64,000 nt of DNA from Gammaproteobacteria bacterium (GTDB taxonomy: Bacteria > Pseudomonadota > Gammaproteobacteria > Eutrophobiales > Eutrophobiaceae), in contig JACPSH010000015.1 in assembly GCA_016193395.1 (NCBI GenBank), positions 102,483 through 166,482 of the forward strand, in the 5' to 3' direction. The notes under the pieces are model-generated. The model ran no database searches and was not told the DNA's origin. It saw only the letters and a list, made by a program, of their open reading frames with translations. Below are positions 21,887-32,650 of this stretch, piece after piece. How positions within the stretch are numbered: position 1 is the stretch's first letter; every line of letters starts with the position of its first letter. Both the position numbers and the translations under genes were made by a program.

Positions 21887-22719
21887 AGAACCGGCGCCCC
21901 CTGTTCACGGTCGCCGCGCTGTGGTTCGGCTTCGCCTTCCTGTACGTGCCGATATTCGTGCTCATCGCCTATTCGTTCAATGATTCGCGGCTCGTGTCCC
22001 TGTGGGGCGGCTTCTCGCTGCGCTGGTACGGCGAACTGCTGCGGGACCGGCAGATCGTCGACGCGGCGCTGCTCAGCCTGCGCATCGCGGTGATCAGCGC
22101 CACGGTCTCCACATTGCTCGGCACGCTCGCCGCGATCGCCCTGACCCGGATGGGGAGGTTCCGCGGCCGGCTGCTGCTGGGCGGCATGATTGCCGCGCCG
22201 CTGGTCATGCCGGAGATCGTCACGGGCCTCTCGCTCCTGCTCTTGTTCGTCAGTATGCAGGACCTGCTGGGCTGGCCGAGCAAGCGAGGCGCAACGACCA
22301 TCATGCTTTCGCATATCACCTTCTGCATGGCGTACGTGGCCGTGATCGTGCAATCCAGGCTCGCTATCATGGACGGCGCGCTGGAGGAGGCGGCCATGGA
22401 CCTGGGCGGGCGGCCGTTCCGCGTCGCCGTCGACATCACCCTGCCGCTGATCGCCCCGGCCATGCTGTCGGGCTGGCTGCTCGCTTTCACGCTGTCGCTG
22501 GATGACCTGGTCATCACCAGCTTCGTTTCCGGCCCGGGGTCGAGCACGCTGCCGATGGTGATCTTCTCGAAGGTGCGGCTCGGCGTGACGCCCGACGTCA
22601 ACGCGCTCGCCACGATCATCGTCGCCGTGGTCGGCCTTGGGGTGCTGGTTGCCGGGTGGCTGATGTTGCGCCAGGATCGGCTGGCCGCCGGCGAGACGCC
22701 AATCCGCGCATACGCTTAA
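21883..22719 (+). CDS. potI: Polyamine ABC transporter permease
   Basis: 278 aa; GTG start overlapping potH stop; ABC permease EAA-type loop (EEAAMDLGGRPFR). Confidence 0.85.
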   Translation: MKNRRPLFTVAALWFGFAFLYVPIFVLIAYSFNDSRLVSLWGGFSLRWYGELLRDRQIVDAALLSLRIAVISATVSTLLGTLAAIALTRMGRFRGRLLLGGMIAAPLVMPEIVTGLSLLLLFVSMQDLLGWPSKRGATTIMLSHITFCMAYVAVIVQSRLAIMDGALEEAAMDLGGRPFRVAVDITLPLIAPAMLSGWLLAFTLSLDDLVITSFVSGPGSSTLPMVIFSKVRLGVTPDVNALATIIVAVVGLGVLVAGWLMLRQDRLAAGETPIRAYA

Positions 22720-22893
22720 GGTCCGCCGGCCGCGCCTCAGCGCGAATCAGCCCCACACTTTTTGAATCACCTTCAGAAGACGCCCCAACTAGCTGTATTC
22801 AAGGAGGTTCCCGCCCGCCTCCCCCGCTCTTCTGAAGGCCCATTTTCGTTCCCCGGAAGGCTAAATATCCGGCCGGAGAATAGAATCTGGGCC

Positions 22894-24228
22894 ATGGCAT
22901 CCATCACTGAATGGTTGCGCGAGCATTCCATCGAGGAAGTCGAGGCCCTGGTGCCCGACATGGCGGGGACGGCGCGCGGCAAGTTCATCCCGGCGGAACG
23001 TTACTCCGAAGAGGAGGGGATCCGGCTGGCCGAACAGCTGTTCAGCCAGACGGTGACGGGCGACTACGTTTGGGAAACCGAGCACGTGAACCCGGTCGAC
23101 ATCGACATGCGCGTCCTGCCGGACGTCGACTCGCTGCGGCTCGTGCCCTGGGCCCCCTGCCCGACCGCGCAAATCATCCATGACTGCTATTACGCGAATA
23201 ATTCCCCCGTGCAGATCGCGCCGCGCTACGTCCTGAAGCGCATCATCAACCTGATCCGCAAGCGTGGCCTGCAGCCGGTTATCGCCCCGGAGGTGGAATT
23301 CTATCTGGTCAAGCCGAATACCGACGCCGACTATCCCCTGGAACCGCCGGTCGGGCGCTCCGGGCGGCAGCAGCCGGCGCGGCGCCTGCTCAGCATCGAT
23401 GCCCTGAACGAATTCGAGGACGTGATCGAGGACATCTACGACTTCAGCGAGGTGCAGTCGCTCGACATCGAGACCCTGATCCACGAGGACGGCGTCGCGC
23501 AGATCGAAGTCAATTTCGTGCACGGCGATCCGCTCAACCTCGCGGACCAGGTGTTCCTGTTCAAGCGCACGGCCCGCGAAGCGGCGTATCGGCACGGCAT
23601 GTACGCCACTTTCATGGCGAAGCCGCACCAGAACCAGCCGGGCAGCGCCATGCACCTGCACCAGAGCCTTCTCGACCGGGACACCGGGAAGAACATGTTC
23701 GCGAACCGCCGCGGCAAACCGACGAAACTCTTTCTCCAGTATATCGCCGGGCTGCAGCGCTACATGCCGGCCGCCATGCCGCTGATCGCGCCCAACGTCA
23801 ATTCCTACCGCCGCATCGCCCGCTATGACGCCGCGCCGATCAACACGCACTGGGGCTACGACAACCGCACGGTCGGCCTGCGCGTGCCGCTGTCGCCGCC
23901 CGAGGCGACGCGCGTGGAGAACCGCATGCCGGGATCCGACGCGAACCCGTATCTCGCGATTGCCGCGACGCTGGCGGCCGGCTATCTCGGCGTCATGGAT
24001 AAACTGACGCCGGAGGAGCCGCTGAAAACCGACGCTTACGATCTTCCCTACGGGCTGCCGCGCGATCTCCTGTCCGCGCTTCAACTGCTCAAGGACTGCA
24101 AACCGCTGTCGAAGCTGCTCGGCGAATCCTTCGTGGAACTGTACTCGCAGGTCAAGGCACTCGAGTACGAAACCTTCTTCCACGTCATCAGCTCCTGGGA
24201 ACGGGAGCACCTGCTCCTGAACGTCTGA
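22894..24228 (+). CDS. Glutamine synthetase family protein (PuuA-like), paralog 2
   Basis: True start MASITEWLREH at Met45 of ORF 22762..24228; GS catalytic domain; 444 aa. Confidence 0.85.
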   Translation: MASITEWLREHSIEEVEALVPDMAGTARGKFIPAERYSEEEGIRLAEQLFSQTVTGDYVWETEHVNPVDIDMRVLPDVDSLRLVPWAPCPTAQIIHDCYYANNSPVQIAPRYVLKRIINLIRKRGLQPVIAPEVEFYLVKPNTDADYPLEPPVGRSGRQQPARRLLSIDALNEFEDVIEDIYDFSEVQSLDIETLIHEDGVAQIEVNFVHGDPLNLADQVFLFKRTAREAAYRHGMYATFMAKPHQNQPGSAMHLHQSLLDRDTGKNMFANRRGKPTKLFLQYIAGLQRYMPAAMPLIAPNVNSYRRIARYDAAPINTHWGYDNRTVGLRVPLSPPEATRVENRMPGSDANPYLAIAATLAAGYLGVMDKLTPEEPLKTDAYDLPYGLPRDLLSALQLLKDCKPLSKLLGESFVELYSQVKALEYETFFHVISSWEREHLLLNV

Positions 24229-24253
24229 CGCGTGTCCACAAGACTGGGCCGAT

Positions 24254-24534
24254 TCGGCCGGATTCATGTTCAGGTGGGTTGCCGGACGGGTCCTGTCACC
24301 GGGCACCCCTTTTCCGTGCTCGCTCGGTCCCCTCGCTTGCGCGCGGAAGAAGGGGAATGCCCGGCGCCACCCGTCCGTTTACCGCTTGAGCTGAGTCCGA
24401 CCGGAATCATGCGCCAGTGCCGACCGGGCGGGTGACATCGGGTCACCGCTCTTCGCGCGCAGCGACAGCGAGCACGAAGACGGTACCCGGTGGCAGGACC
24501 CGCCCGCAGACCCACGCAAAATGAATCCGGCGGG
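24254..24534. repeat. MITE/REP-like palindromic repeat element, copy 3 (unit A plus inverted unit B, intact inverted termini)
   Basis: ggccggattcat...atgaatccggcggg termini; near-identical to 15222-15480 over about 260 bp. Confidence 0.7.
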
Positions 24535-24566
24535 AGTAGGCCAGCGCAGCAGGCAATGAGCCGATA

Positions 24567-25625
24567 ATGCCGAAGCACGAAGCCATTCCTGATTCCGTGC
24601 TCGCGAACTGGGGCCTCGCCGGCGCACGGGTGGAGCCGATCCAGACCGGTTGGATCAACCGGACCTGGCGGGTCGCGACCGGGAACGGCGAGCAGTACGC
24701 GCTGCAGCGGGTCAATCCCATGTTCCCCACCGCCGTGCACGCGGATATCGACGCAATCACGGCGCGCCTCGAAGCGCAAGGCGTGGCGACTCCGCGCCTC
24801 GTCCCGGACACGAAGGGTGAACTGTTCGTGCAGGTGGAAGAGGCCACTTGGCGGCTCTTCACGTACGTGGAAGGCGACACACGGCTCATCGTCGCCGACA
24901 CCCCCGCGGCGCAGGAAGCCGGACGCCTGCTGGCGCGCTTCCATGCAGCGCTGGAGAATTTCGAATACGCGTTCCAGTCGAAGAGGGAGGGGGTGCACGA
25001 TACGCCCCGCCACCTGCGCCGGCTCCGGGAGGCGCTGGCGGACCGCAAGGAACATCCGCGCTTCGCGTCGATCGCCCCGCTTGCAAATGAAATCCTCGAG
25101 GCGGCCGCGCAATTGCCGAAGCTGCCACCGCTGCCGCGCCGCAAGGTGCACGGCGACCCCAAGATCTCGAACGTGCTCTTCGCCAGGGGCTCGCACAAAG
25201 CTCTGTGCCTGGTCGATCTCGACACGCTGTCCGAGATGCCCCTGCCGCTCGAACTCGGCGATGCGCTGCGATCCTGGTGCAACGTCGCCGGCGAGGACAC
25301 GCGCGCGGGCGAATTCTCGGTGGCGATCTTCGAAGCCGCGATCGAGGGTTACGCCGAGAACGCCATGCAATCCATCAGTCCCGGCGAGGTGAAGGCCATC
25401 CTGCCGGCTACGCTCACGATTGGCATCGAGCTCGCGGCGCGCTTCTGCGCAGACGCCCTGTTCGAGGATTTTTTCGGCTGGACGCCCAAGCGCTTCGGCA
25501 GCCACAGCGAACACAGCGAGGTGCGCGCCGCCGGTCAGCTCGCGGCGGCGCAGTCGCTGCGCCGGCAATCCACCGCGCTCGCACGCATTCTCGCCGGTGC
25601 TTTTGGAAGTCTTGACGCGGACTGA
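24567..25625 (+). CDS. Aminoglycoside-phosphotransferase (APH) family kinase-like protein
   Basis: 352 aa; APH/choline-kinase fold with catalytic HGDPKISNVLF and LVDLD motifs. Confidence 0.7.
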   Translation: MPKHEAIPDSVLANWGLAGARVEPIQTGWINRTWRVATGNGEQYALQRVNPMFPTAVHADIDAITARLEAQGVATPRLVPDTKGELFVQVEEATWRLFTYVEGDTRLIVADTPAAQEAGRLLARFHAALENFEYAFQSKREGVHDTPRHLRRLREALADRKEHPRFASIAPLANEILEAAAQLPKLPPLPRRKVHGDPKISNVLFARGSHKALCLVDLDTLSEMPLPLELGDALRSWCNVAGEDTRAGEFSVAIFEAAIEGYAENAMQSISPGEVKAILPATLTIGIELAARFCADALFEDFFGWTPKRFGSHSEHSEVRAAGQLAAAQSLRRQSTALARILAGAFGSLDAD

Positions 25626-25755
25626 CGCGCCATCGGCGTCGAAACACAGGCTCTGCCGTCGCGCCGGCTTTGCGCCACGCTGAGCTCTCGCGCGTGGCGG
25701 GCCGGGCGCGGTTCATTTATATTGTCGCGCCTTCCACCACCCGAACCCCTGTCTT

Positions 25756-27429
<1,674 letters not shown>

Positions 27430-27442
27430 CACACCATCACTT

Positions 27443-27602
27443 CGTCATTCCGGAGACACGCAACGCGGAGCGGCGGGCGTCATCCGGAAACCAGATCGCG
27501 ATCAGCGAAGACTGGATTCCGGCGTGCGCCGGAACGACAATCGCCGGATTCCGGCGTGCGCCGGAATGACCGCCGCACGTCGTCATTCCGGAGACGCGCA
27601 AC
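27443..27602. repeat. REP-like palindromic repeats (cgtcattccggagac(a/g)cgcaac x2 flanking tandem ggattccggcgtgcgccggaa(c/t)gac hairpins)
   Basis: Direct copies at 27443-27464 and 27581-27602; two tandem 25-nt hairpins (ttccggcg-tg-cgccggaa) at 27514-27538 and 27546-27570. Confidence 0.65.
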
Positions 27603-27794
27603 TTGGAAGGCGATTCTATGACGGGATGTGACCGAACTCACATTCGTCGCAGGATTGAGCGCATACAGTACGCGCGATCCGTGCGATGCCCGAACTTCTG
27701 TTCGACTGCCTTCACAAAGGCACTGTCCGTGTGTCTGTCTCCCTTCGTTCCAATACTCGCCGTGCCAGGGCGGAAGCCGAGATAACGAGGTCAA

Positions 27795-30700
27795 ATGCTC
27801 CCGACACAATCCAGCATCTTTAATACGACCGACTCGCTCGAAATGGCGTTGTTATTGCAGCGGATAGAGTCGTTTCAACGCTTCTCCCGGCTCGCAGCCG
27901 GAGTGATCCTGTCGTTGGGTCTGGCGGTCCTCGCGGGCTGGGCGTTCGATGTAGCGATCCTGAAATCTGTCGCGCCCGGACTCGCGGCGATGAAACCGAT
28001 GACGGCGGCTGGATTCGTATTCGCGGGAGCAAGCCTGTGGCTGTTGCAGCCCGACCAAGCGGAATCCAAACGCCGCGCAGGACGTCTCCTCGCTGTCTTG
28101 GCATGCGTGCTGGGCGTCGCCGTCCTCGTCGAATACCTTCTCGGGCGGGACCTGGGCCTAGATCTGCTGCTTTTTCCTCGATCGGTCGTCGAGGAAGCAC
28201 AACAGACCGGACTGGCTCACGCCGGCCGAATGTCGCCTGCCAGTGCGGCAATGTTCGTCGTGCTCGGCGCAGCGCTGATGCTGACGCGTTTTCGGACCCT
28301 GGCCGCGTTGACGGACGGCCTGTGTCTGGCCGGCGCATTGATCGCGATGGCGGCCTTGAGCGGCTACCTGCTGGACATTGCATCGCTCTACCGCTTCGGC
28401 CCTTACGATTCCACGGCGGCGCACACAGCGGCCGCAGCGCTGTTGCTCGCCTCGGGAATAGTATCGATGTACCCCGATCAGGGGCTGATGCGGATTATCA
28501 CGGGCGAGGACATCGGAAGCGTGATGGCCCGGCGCATATTGCCGGCGATTATTATCGTCCCGTGGATGCTGGCGTGGTTCCGCTGGCGGGGAGAGCTGGC
28601 CGGGGTCTATTCCGCCAGCATCGGACTCGTCTTGTTCGCGACCTCAGTCATCATTGTCTTTGCCATGATCATCTTATGGACCGCCACCCGTCTTAATCGC
28701 GCGGAGGTCGCCCGCAGGGCAACCGAGCGACGCTTCCGGGATCTCGTGGAAACTGCGCCGGACGCCATGGTCGTTGTTAACGCTGGCGGCGAAATCTTGC
28801 TGGTCAATTCGCAGGCGACTGCGTTATTCGGTTGGACGCGGGAAGAGCTGCTGGGACAGACGGTCGAGATCCTGATCCCGGAAACACGGCGCCGGAAACA
28901 CGAAGGCCTGCGCGGCGAGTACTTCGCTCAGCCGCGCGCCCGGCCGATGGGGGTGGGTCGCGAGCTGGTGGCGCGCCGCAAGGACGGTTCCGAATTCCAA
29001 GTTGAAATCAGTCTGAGTCCGCTCCGGAATCACCGTGGCCCGCTGGCGATCAGCGCCATTCGCGACATTTCCGAGCGCAAGCGGATGGAACGATTACGGG
29101 CGACCCAGTATGCGGTCGCCCAAGTTCTGACCGGGGCCACGACTTTTGAAGAGGCGTCGCCGCGCCTGATCGAGGCCGTAGCGACCCATCTGGGCTTTCA
29201 GATCGGGATGTTGTGGGAAGTGGACGCGGGGCGGGACGTCCTGCGTCTGTCCAGCGCATGGCAATCCGATGCACCGGGATTGCGGGAACTCATCGAAGCG
29301 GCCCGACTCCTCAAGATTCCGCGAGGCCTCGGCATCGCCGGCCGTGCGTGGGAACGGGGAACCCCGATCTGGGTTCGGGACGCTTTGGAACTCCCGAGCC
29401 TGTCCGATGCGCCGCGCGACACCGCATCGACGTTCAAAGAGGCTGGCCTGCACGCAGCGGCGGCCTTTCCGATCGTTCTGCGGGGCCAGGTCCGCGGGAT
29501 TATTGATTTTCTCAGCGCCAACGTTCTCGATCCGGATCCCGATGTGCTGAACATGTTTTCCACGATTGCCACCCAGATCGGCCAGTTCATGGAACGACGC
29601 GCGCAGGAGCTGAATATCCTGCGCCTGAACCGCATATACGCGCTGCTCAGCGGCATTAACTCCGCGGTCGTGCGCGTCCGCGAACGGGAGACGCTGTTCG
29701 AAGAGGCCTGCCGCATCGCCATCGCCGAAGGGGGATTTGCGTTCGCCTGGGTCGGGATCGTCGAACCCGAGTCGCAGACGATCGTTCCGACGGTCCTGCG
29801 CGGTCCAGCCGAGGACGTCGCCTTACTCCGGTCAATGCGGTTCAGCACTCGGGCGGACATTGCCGAGGGGCGTACCAAGATGGGAGCGACTGTGCGCACT
29901 CGAATGCCGGCGTACGCGAACGATCTGTCCGCGTACAGCCGGGATCCCGCGCTCGATCCGGTCGTCCGTCGGGCGCTGGAAGAGCTGGTCAAGCGCGGCT
30001 ATCGCTCCGCCATCTCCCTGCCTCTGATTGCCAACGGGATCGCCACCGGCGTGATGGTGCTGTACATGAAGGAGCCGGTCGGTATTGACAGCGAGGAACT
30101 TAAATTATTGTCCGAGCTGGCCGAAGATATTTCCTTCGCCCTAGAGCACATCGAACGCGAAGAACGGATCAATTTCATGGCCTACCACGATTCCCTCACT
30201 GGTCTGCCGAACCGCGCGAATCTGCGTCGGAGATTAGCGCAGGACATGGATCGGGCGGCCACCAGAAACCTGCCTATGGCGTTGCTGCTGATCAACATCA
30301 ACAATTTCCGTGACATCAACGACTCGCTCGGCCATCAGAACGGCGACGCGCTGCTGCGCGAGGTGGCGCGTCGCATGAGTGCGGCGCTTTGGGGATCGGA
30401 TGTAGTCGCTTCACTGGGCGGAGACGACTACGCGATACTGCTGTCCCGCCTGGCCCAACAGGCCGACATCTATGTCGTGATCCGGAAGATTGCTGAAACC
30501 CTCAGGGCGCCCTTTGACATCGCCGGCCTGCCGATCAACGTGGAATCCAGCATCGGCATCGCGCTCTATCCGGATCACGGGAACACGCCGGATCTCCTCT
30601 GGCAGCATGCGGACGTGGCCTTGCGCAAGGCGCAGGAAACGCGCCAGGCCCATCTGTTATACAGCGCGGATTTTGATCACTACGACCCCAAGTGGCTTGC

Positions 30701-31469
30701 TCTCGTCGGCGGGCTGCAGGATGCCATCGCCCATAACGAACTGACGTTGCACTACCAGCCGAAAATCAATTTCAAGTCCGGCTGCACCGACGGCGCTGAA
30801 GCCCTGTTGCGCTGGCGGCACCCCAAACTCGGCATGCTCCATCCGGATGCCTTCGTTCCCCTTGTGGAGCGAACCGGATTGATTGACCCGCTGACGACGT
30901 GGGTGCTGGGCGAGGCGTTGCGCCAAGGGCGCCTCTGGCATCTCGCCGGCGTCGCGCTTGAGCTTGCGGTCAATCTCTCGGCGCTCAACCTGCAGAATCC
31001 GGGCTTAAGCGCTGAAATCATCGGCTTGGCGCATGGCACGCAGTTCCCTCGGGAACGGCTCATCGTCGAGATCACCGAGAGCGCCATCATGGTGGACCCG
31101 GCGAAGGCCCGCGCGGTGTTGAACGAGCTTCACGCCGCCGGGGTCCGTTGCGCGATGGACGACTTCGGAACCGGCCAGTCCTCACTGACTTATCTGAAGG
31201 ACCTGCCCATCAGCGAAATGAAGATTGACAAATCCTTTATCATCGGCCACCGCGAGCCGCACAATGCGGCGATTGTTCACTCGGCCATCGAACTCGCGCA
31301 CAACCTGAACCTGACGGTCACGGCCGAAGGCGTGGAAGACGCCGAAACCTTTGAGTGGCTGTCTCGGCTCGGGTGCGATTATGCACAGGGGTACTATTTC
31401 AGCAGGGCGCTTCCAGCCGATGATTTTCTGGCGTGGGTGCGTAACTCGCAATGGAAGTCCGCCGGATAA
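27795..31469 (+). CDS. Membrane-anchored multidomain c-di-GMP signalling protein (N-terminal multi-TM sensor, PAS, 2x GAF, GGDEF with GGDDY motif, EAL)
   Basis: 1224 aa; about 8 N-terminal TM helices; PAS (DAMVVVNAGGEILLVN); GGDEF domain with non-canonical GGDDY at nt 30417-30431; EAL motifs EALLR, DDFGTG, EGVE. Confidence 0.9.
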   Translation: MLPTQSSIFNTTDSLEMALLLQRIESFQRFSRLAAGVILSLGLAVLAGWAFDVAILKSVAPGLAAMKPMTAAGFVFAGASLWLLQPDQAESKRRAGRLLAVLACVLGVAVLVEYLLGRDLGLDLLLFPRSVVEEAQQTGLAHAGRMSPASAAMFVVLGAALMLTRFRTLAALTDGLCLAGALIAMAALSGYLLDIASLYRFGPYDSTAAHTAAAALLLASGIVSMYPDQGLMRIITGEDIGSVMARRILPAIIIVPWMLAWFRWRGELAGVYSASIGLVLFATSVIIVFAMIILWTATRLNRAEVARRATERRFRDLVETAPDAMVVVNAGGEILLVNSQATALFGWTREELLGQTVEILIPETRRRKHEGLRGEYFAQPRARPMGVGRELVARRKDGSEFQVEISLSPLRNHRGPLAISAIRDISERKRMERLRATQYAVAQVLTGATTFEEASPRLIEAVATHLGFQIGMLWEVDAGRDVLRLSSAWQSDAPGLRELIEAARLLKIPRGLGIAGRAWERGTPIWVRDALELPSLSDAPRDTASTFKEAGLHAAAAFPIVLRGQVRGIIDFLSANVLDPDPDVLNMFSTIATQIGQFMERRAQELNILRLNRIYALLSGINSAVVRVRERETLFEEACRIAIAEGGFAFAWVGIVEPESQTIVPTVLRGPAEDVALLRSMRFSTRADIAEGRTKMGATVRTRMPAYANDLSAYSRDPALDPVVRRALEELVKRGYRSAISLPLIANGIATGVMVLYMKEPVGIDSEELKLLSELAEDISFALEHIEREERINFMAYHDSLTGLPNRANLRRRLAQDMDRAATRNLPMALLLININNFRDINDSLGHQNGDALLREVARRMSAALWGSDVVASLGGDDYAILLSRLAQQADIYVVIRKIAETLRAPFDIAGLPINVESSIGIALYPDHGNTPDLLWQHADVALRKAQETRQAHLLYSADFDHYDPKWLALVGGLQDAIAHNELTLHYQPKINFKSGCTDGAEALLRWRHPKLGMLHPDAFVPLVERTGLIDPLTTWVLGEALRQGRLWHLAGVALELAVNLSALNLQNPGLSAEIIGLAHGTQFPRERLIVEITESAIMVDPAKARAVLNELHAAGVRCAMDDFGTGQSSLTYLKDLPISEMKIDKSFIIGHREPHNAAIVHSAIELAHNLNLTVTAEGVEDAETFEWLSRLGCDYAQGYYFSRALPADDFLAWVRNSQWKSAG

Positions 31470-31540
31470 GTGCTGCCTCACGCGTTCTGACTGCGTCACG
31501 CTGAAAACGGCCATAGCCGTGATCCGGCTGAACAAGCATA

Positions 31541-32566
31541 TCAATCCTTGAGCCACACGAGCGGCGGCTCCTGCATCAGAGAAAGCTGCTCCTTCAGCGA
31601 AAGGATGTGGTCCTCCCAGTACCGATTGGTGTTGAACCAGGGAAAGGCGATCTTGAACGCGGGGTCTTCCCAGCGGCGCGCGAGCCAGGCCGCGTAGTGC
31701 ATGATGCGCAGCGTGCGCAGCGCCTCGATCAGGTGCAGCTCGGGGGCGTCAAAGCGTCGGAACTCCGTGTAGCCGCCCAGCAATTCCTGCAGTTGCGGTG
31801 TCTGCTCGAAACGATCCCCGGACAGGAACATCCACAGATCCTGTACTGCCGGCCCCATGCGCGCATCGTCCAGATCGACGATGTGTATCTCCTCGTCTAT
31901 CGTCAGGATGTTCGCGGGGTGGCAGTCGCCATGCAGGCGCAGGATCCGCGGTTTGCCGGCCTGTGCGTAGCACTCCCCGATAGCTTCGAACAGGTGCTCG
32001 CACAGACTGGTGTATGCCACGTGCAGGTGCTCGGGGATGAAACCGGCCTTGAGCAGGAAATCGCGGGATACGATCCCGTAGGAATCCAGGTCGATGGTTG
32101 GCCTGTGGATGAAGTTCTTGCGTTCGCCGTGCAGATGGATGCGCGCGACGAAGCGCCCCAGGTGCCGTAACAGGTCCATGTTGTCGAGGTCGGGCGAACG
32201 ACCGCCGCGGCATGGGAATATCGAATAGCGAAAAGAAGAGAAGTGATGCAGTGTCGCGTCATGGTGGACCACCGGCGGCACGACCGGCACTTCCGCCTCG
32301 GTTGCAAGCTCAATCGCGAATTGGTGCTCTTCGAGGATCGCCGCGTCCGTCCACCGGCCCGGCCGATAGAACTTGACTACGATCGGCGACAGTTCTTCGA
32401 GACCGACGCGGTAGACGCGGTTTTCGTAACTGTTCAGGGCAAGGAAACGGCCGTCGCAGCGGTAACCCAGCGCCTCGACCGCGTTCAGGATGTCGTCAGG
32501 TTGCAGTTCCTGATAGGCAAGACTGTACTGAGCGTCCGTCGGCGCGTTGTCCTCGCTCGAATCCAC
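31541..32566 (-). CDS. srkA: Stress-response serine/threonine kinase SrkA (YihE/RdoA family)
   Basis: 341 aa; SYENRVY and HGDCHPANIL motifs of the YihE family. Confidence 0.85.
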   Translation of the reverse strand: MDSSEDNAPTDAQYSLAYQELQPDDILNAVEALGYRCDGRFLALNSYENRVYRVGLEELSPIVVKFYRPGRWTDAAILEEHQFAIELATEAEVPVVPPVVHHDATLHHFSSFRYSIFPCRGGRSPDLDNMDLLRHLGRFVARIHLHGERKNFIHRPTIDLDSYGIVSRDFLLKAGFIPEHLHVAYTSLCEHLFEAIGECYAQAGKPRILRLHGDCHPANILTIDEEIHIVDLDDARMGPAVQDLWMFLSGDRFEQTPQLQELLGGYTEFRRFDAPELHLIEALRTLRIMHYAAWLARRWEDPAFKIAFPWFNTNRYWEDHILSLKEQLSLMQEPPLVWLKD

Positions 32567-32650
32567 GGACGCAGTGTAGCACCAGGGGAATCATCCACCG
32601 CGGCGAAGCGAACGCTCCGACCCCTTTGGTGTCTGCTCCGATCAACGCGG

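Noticed and set aside
15222-24534. Insertion sequences or prophage at the repeat-rich polyamine locus
   Set aside because: The repeats are short (under 300 bp) and encode no transposase or integrase, and no phage-like genes are present. They are better explained as non-autonomous MITE/REP-like elements.
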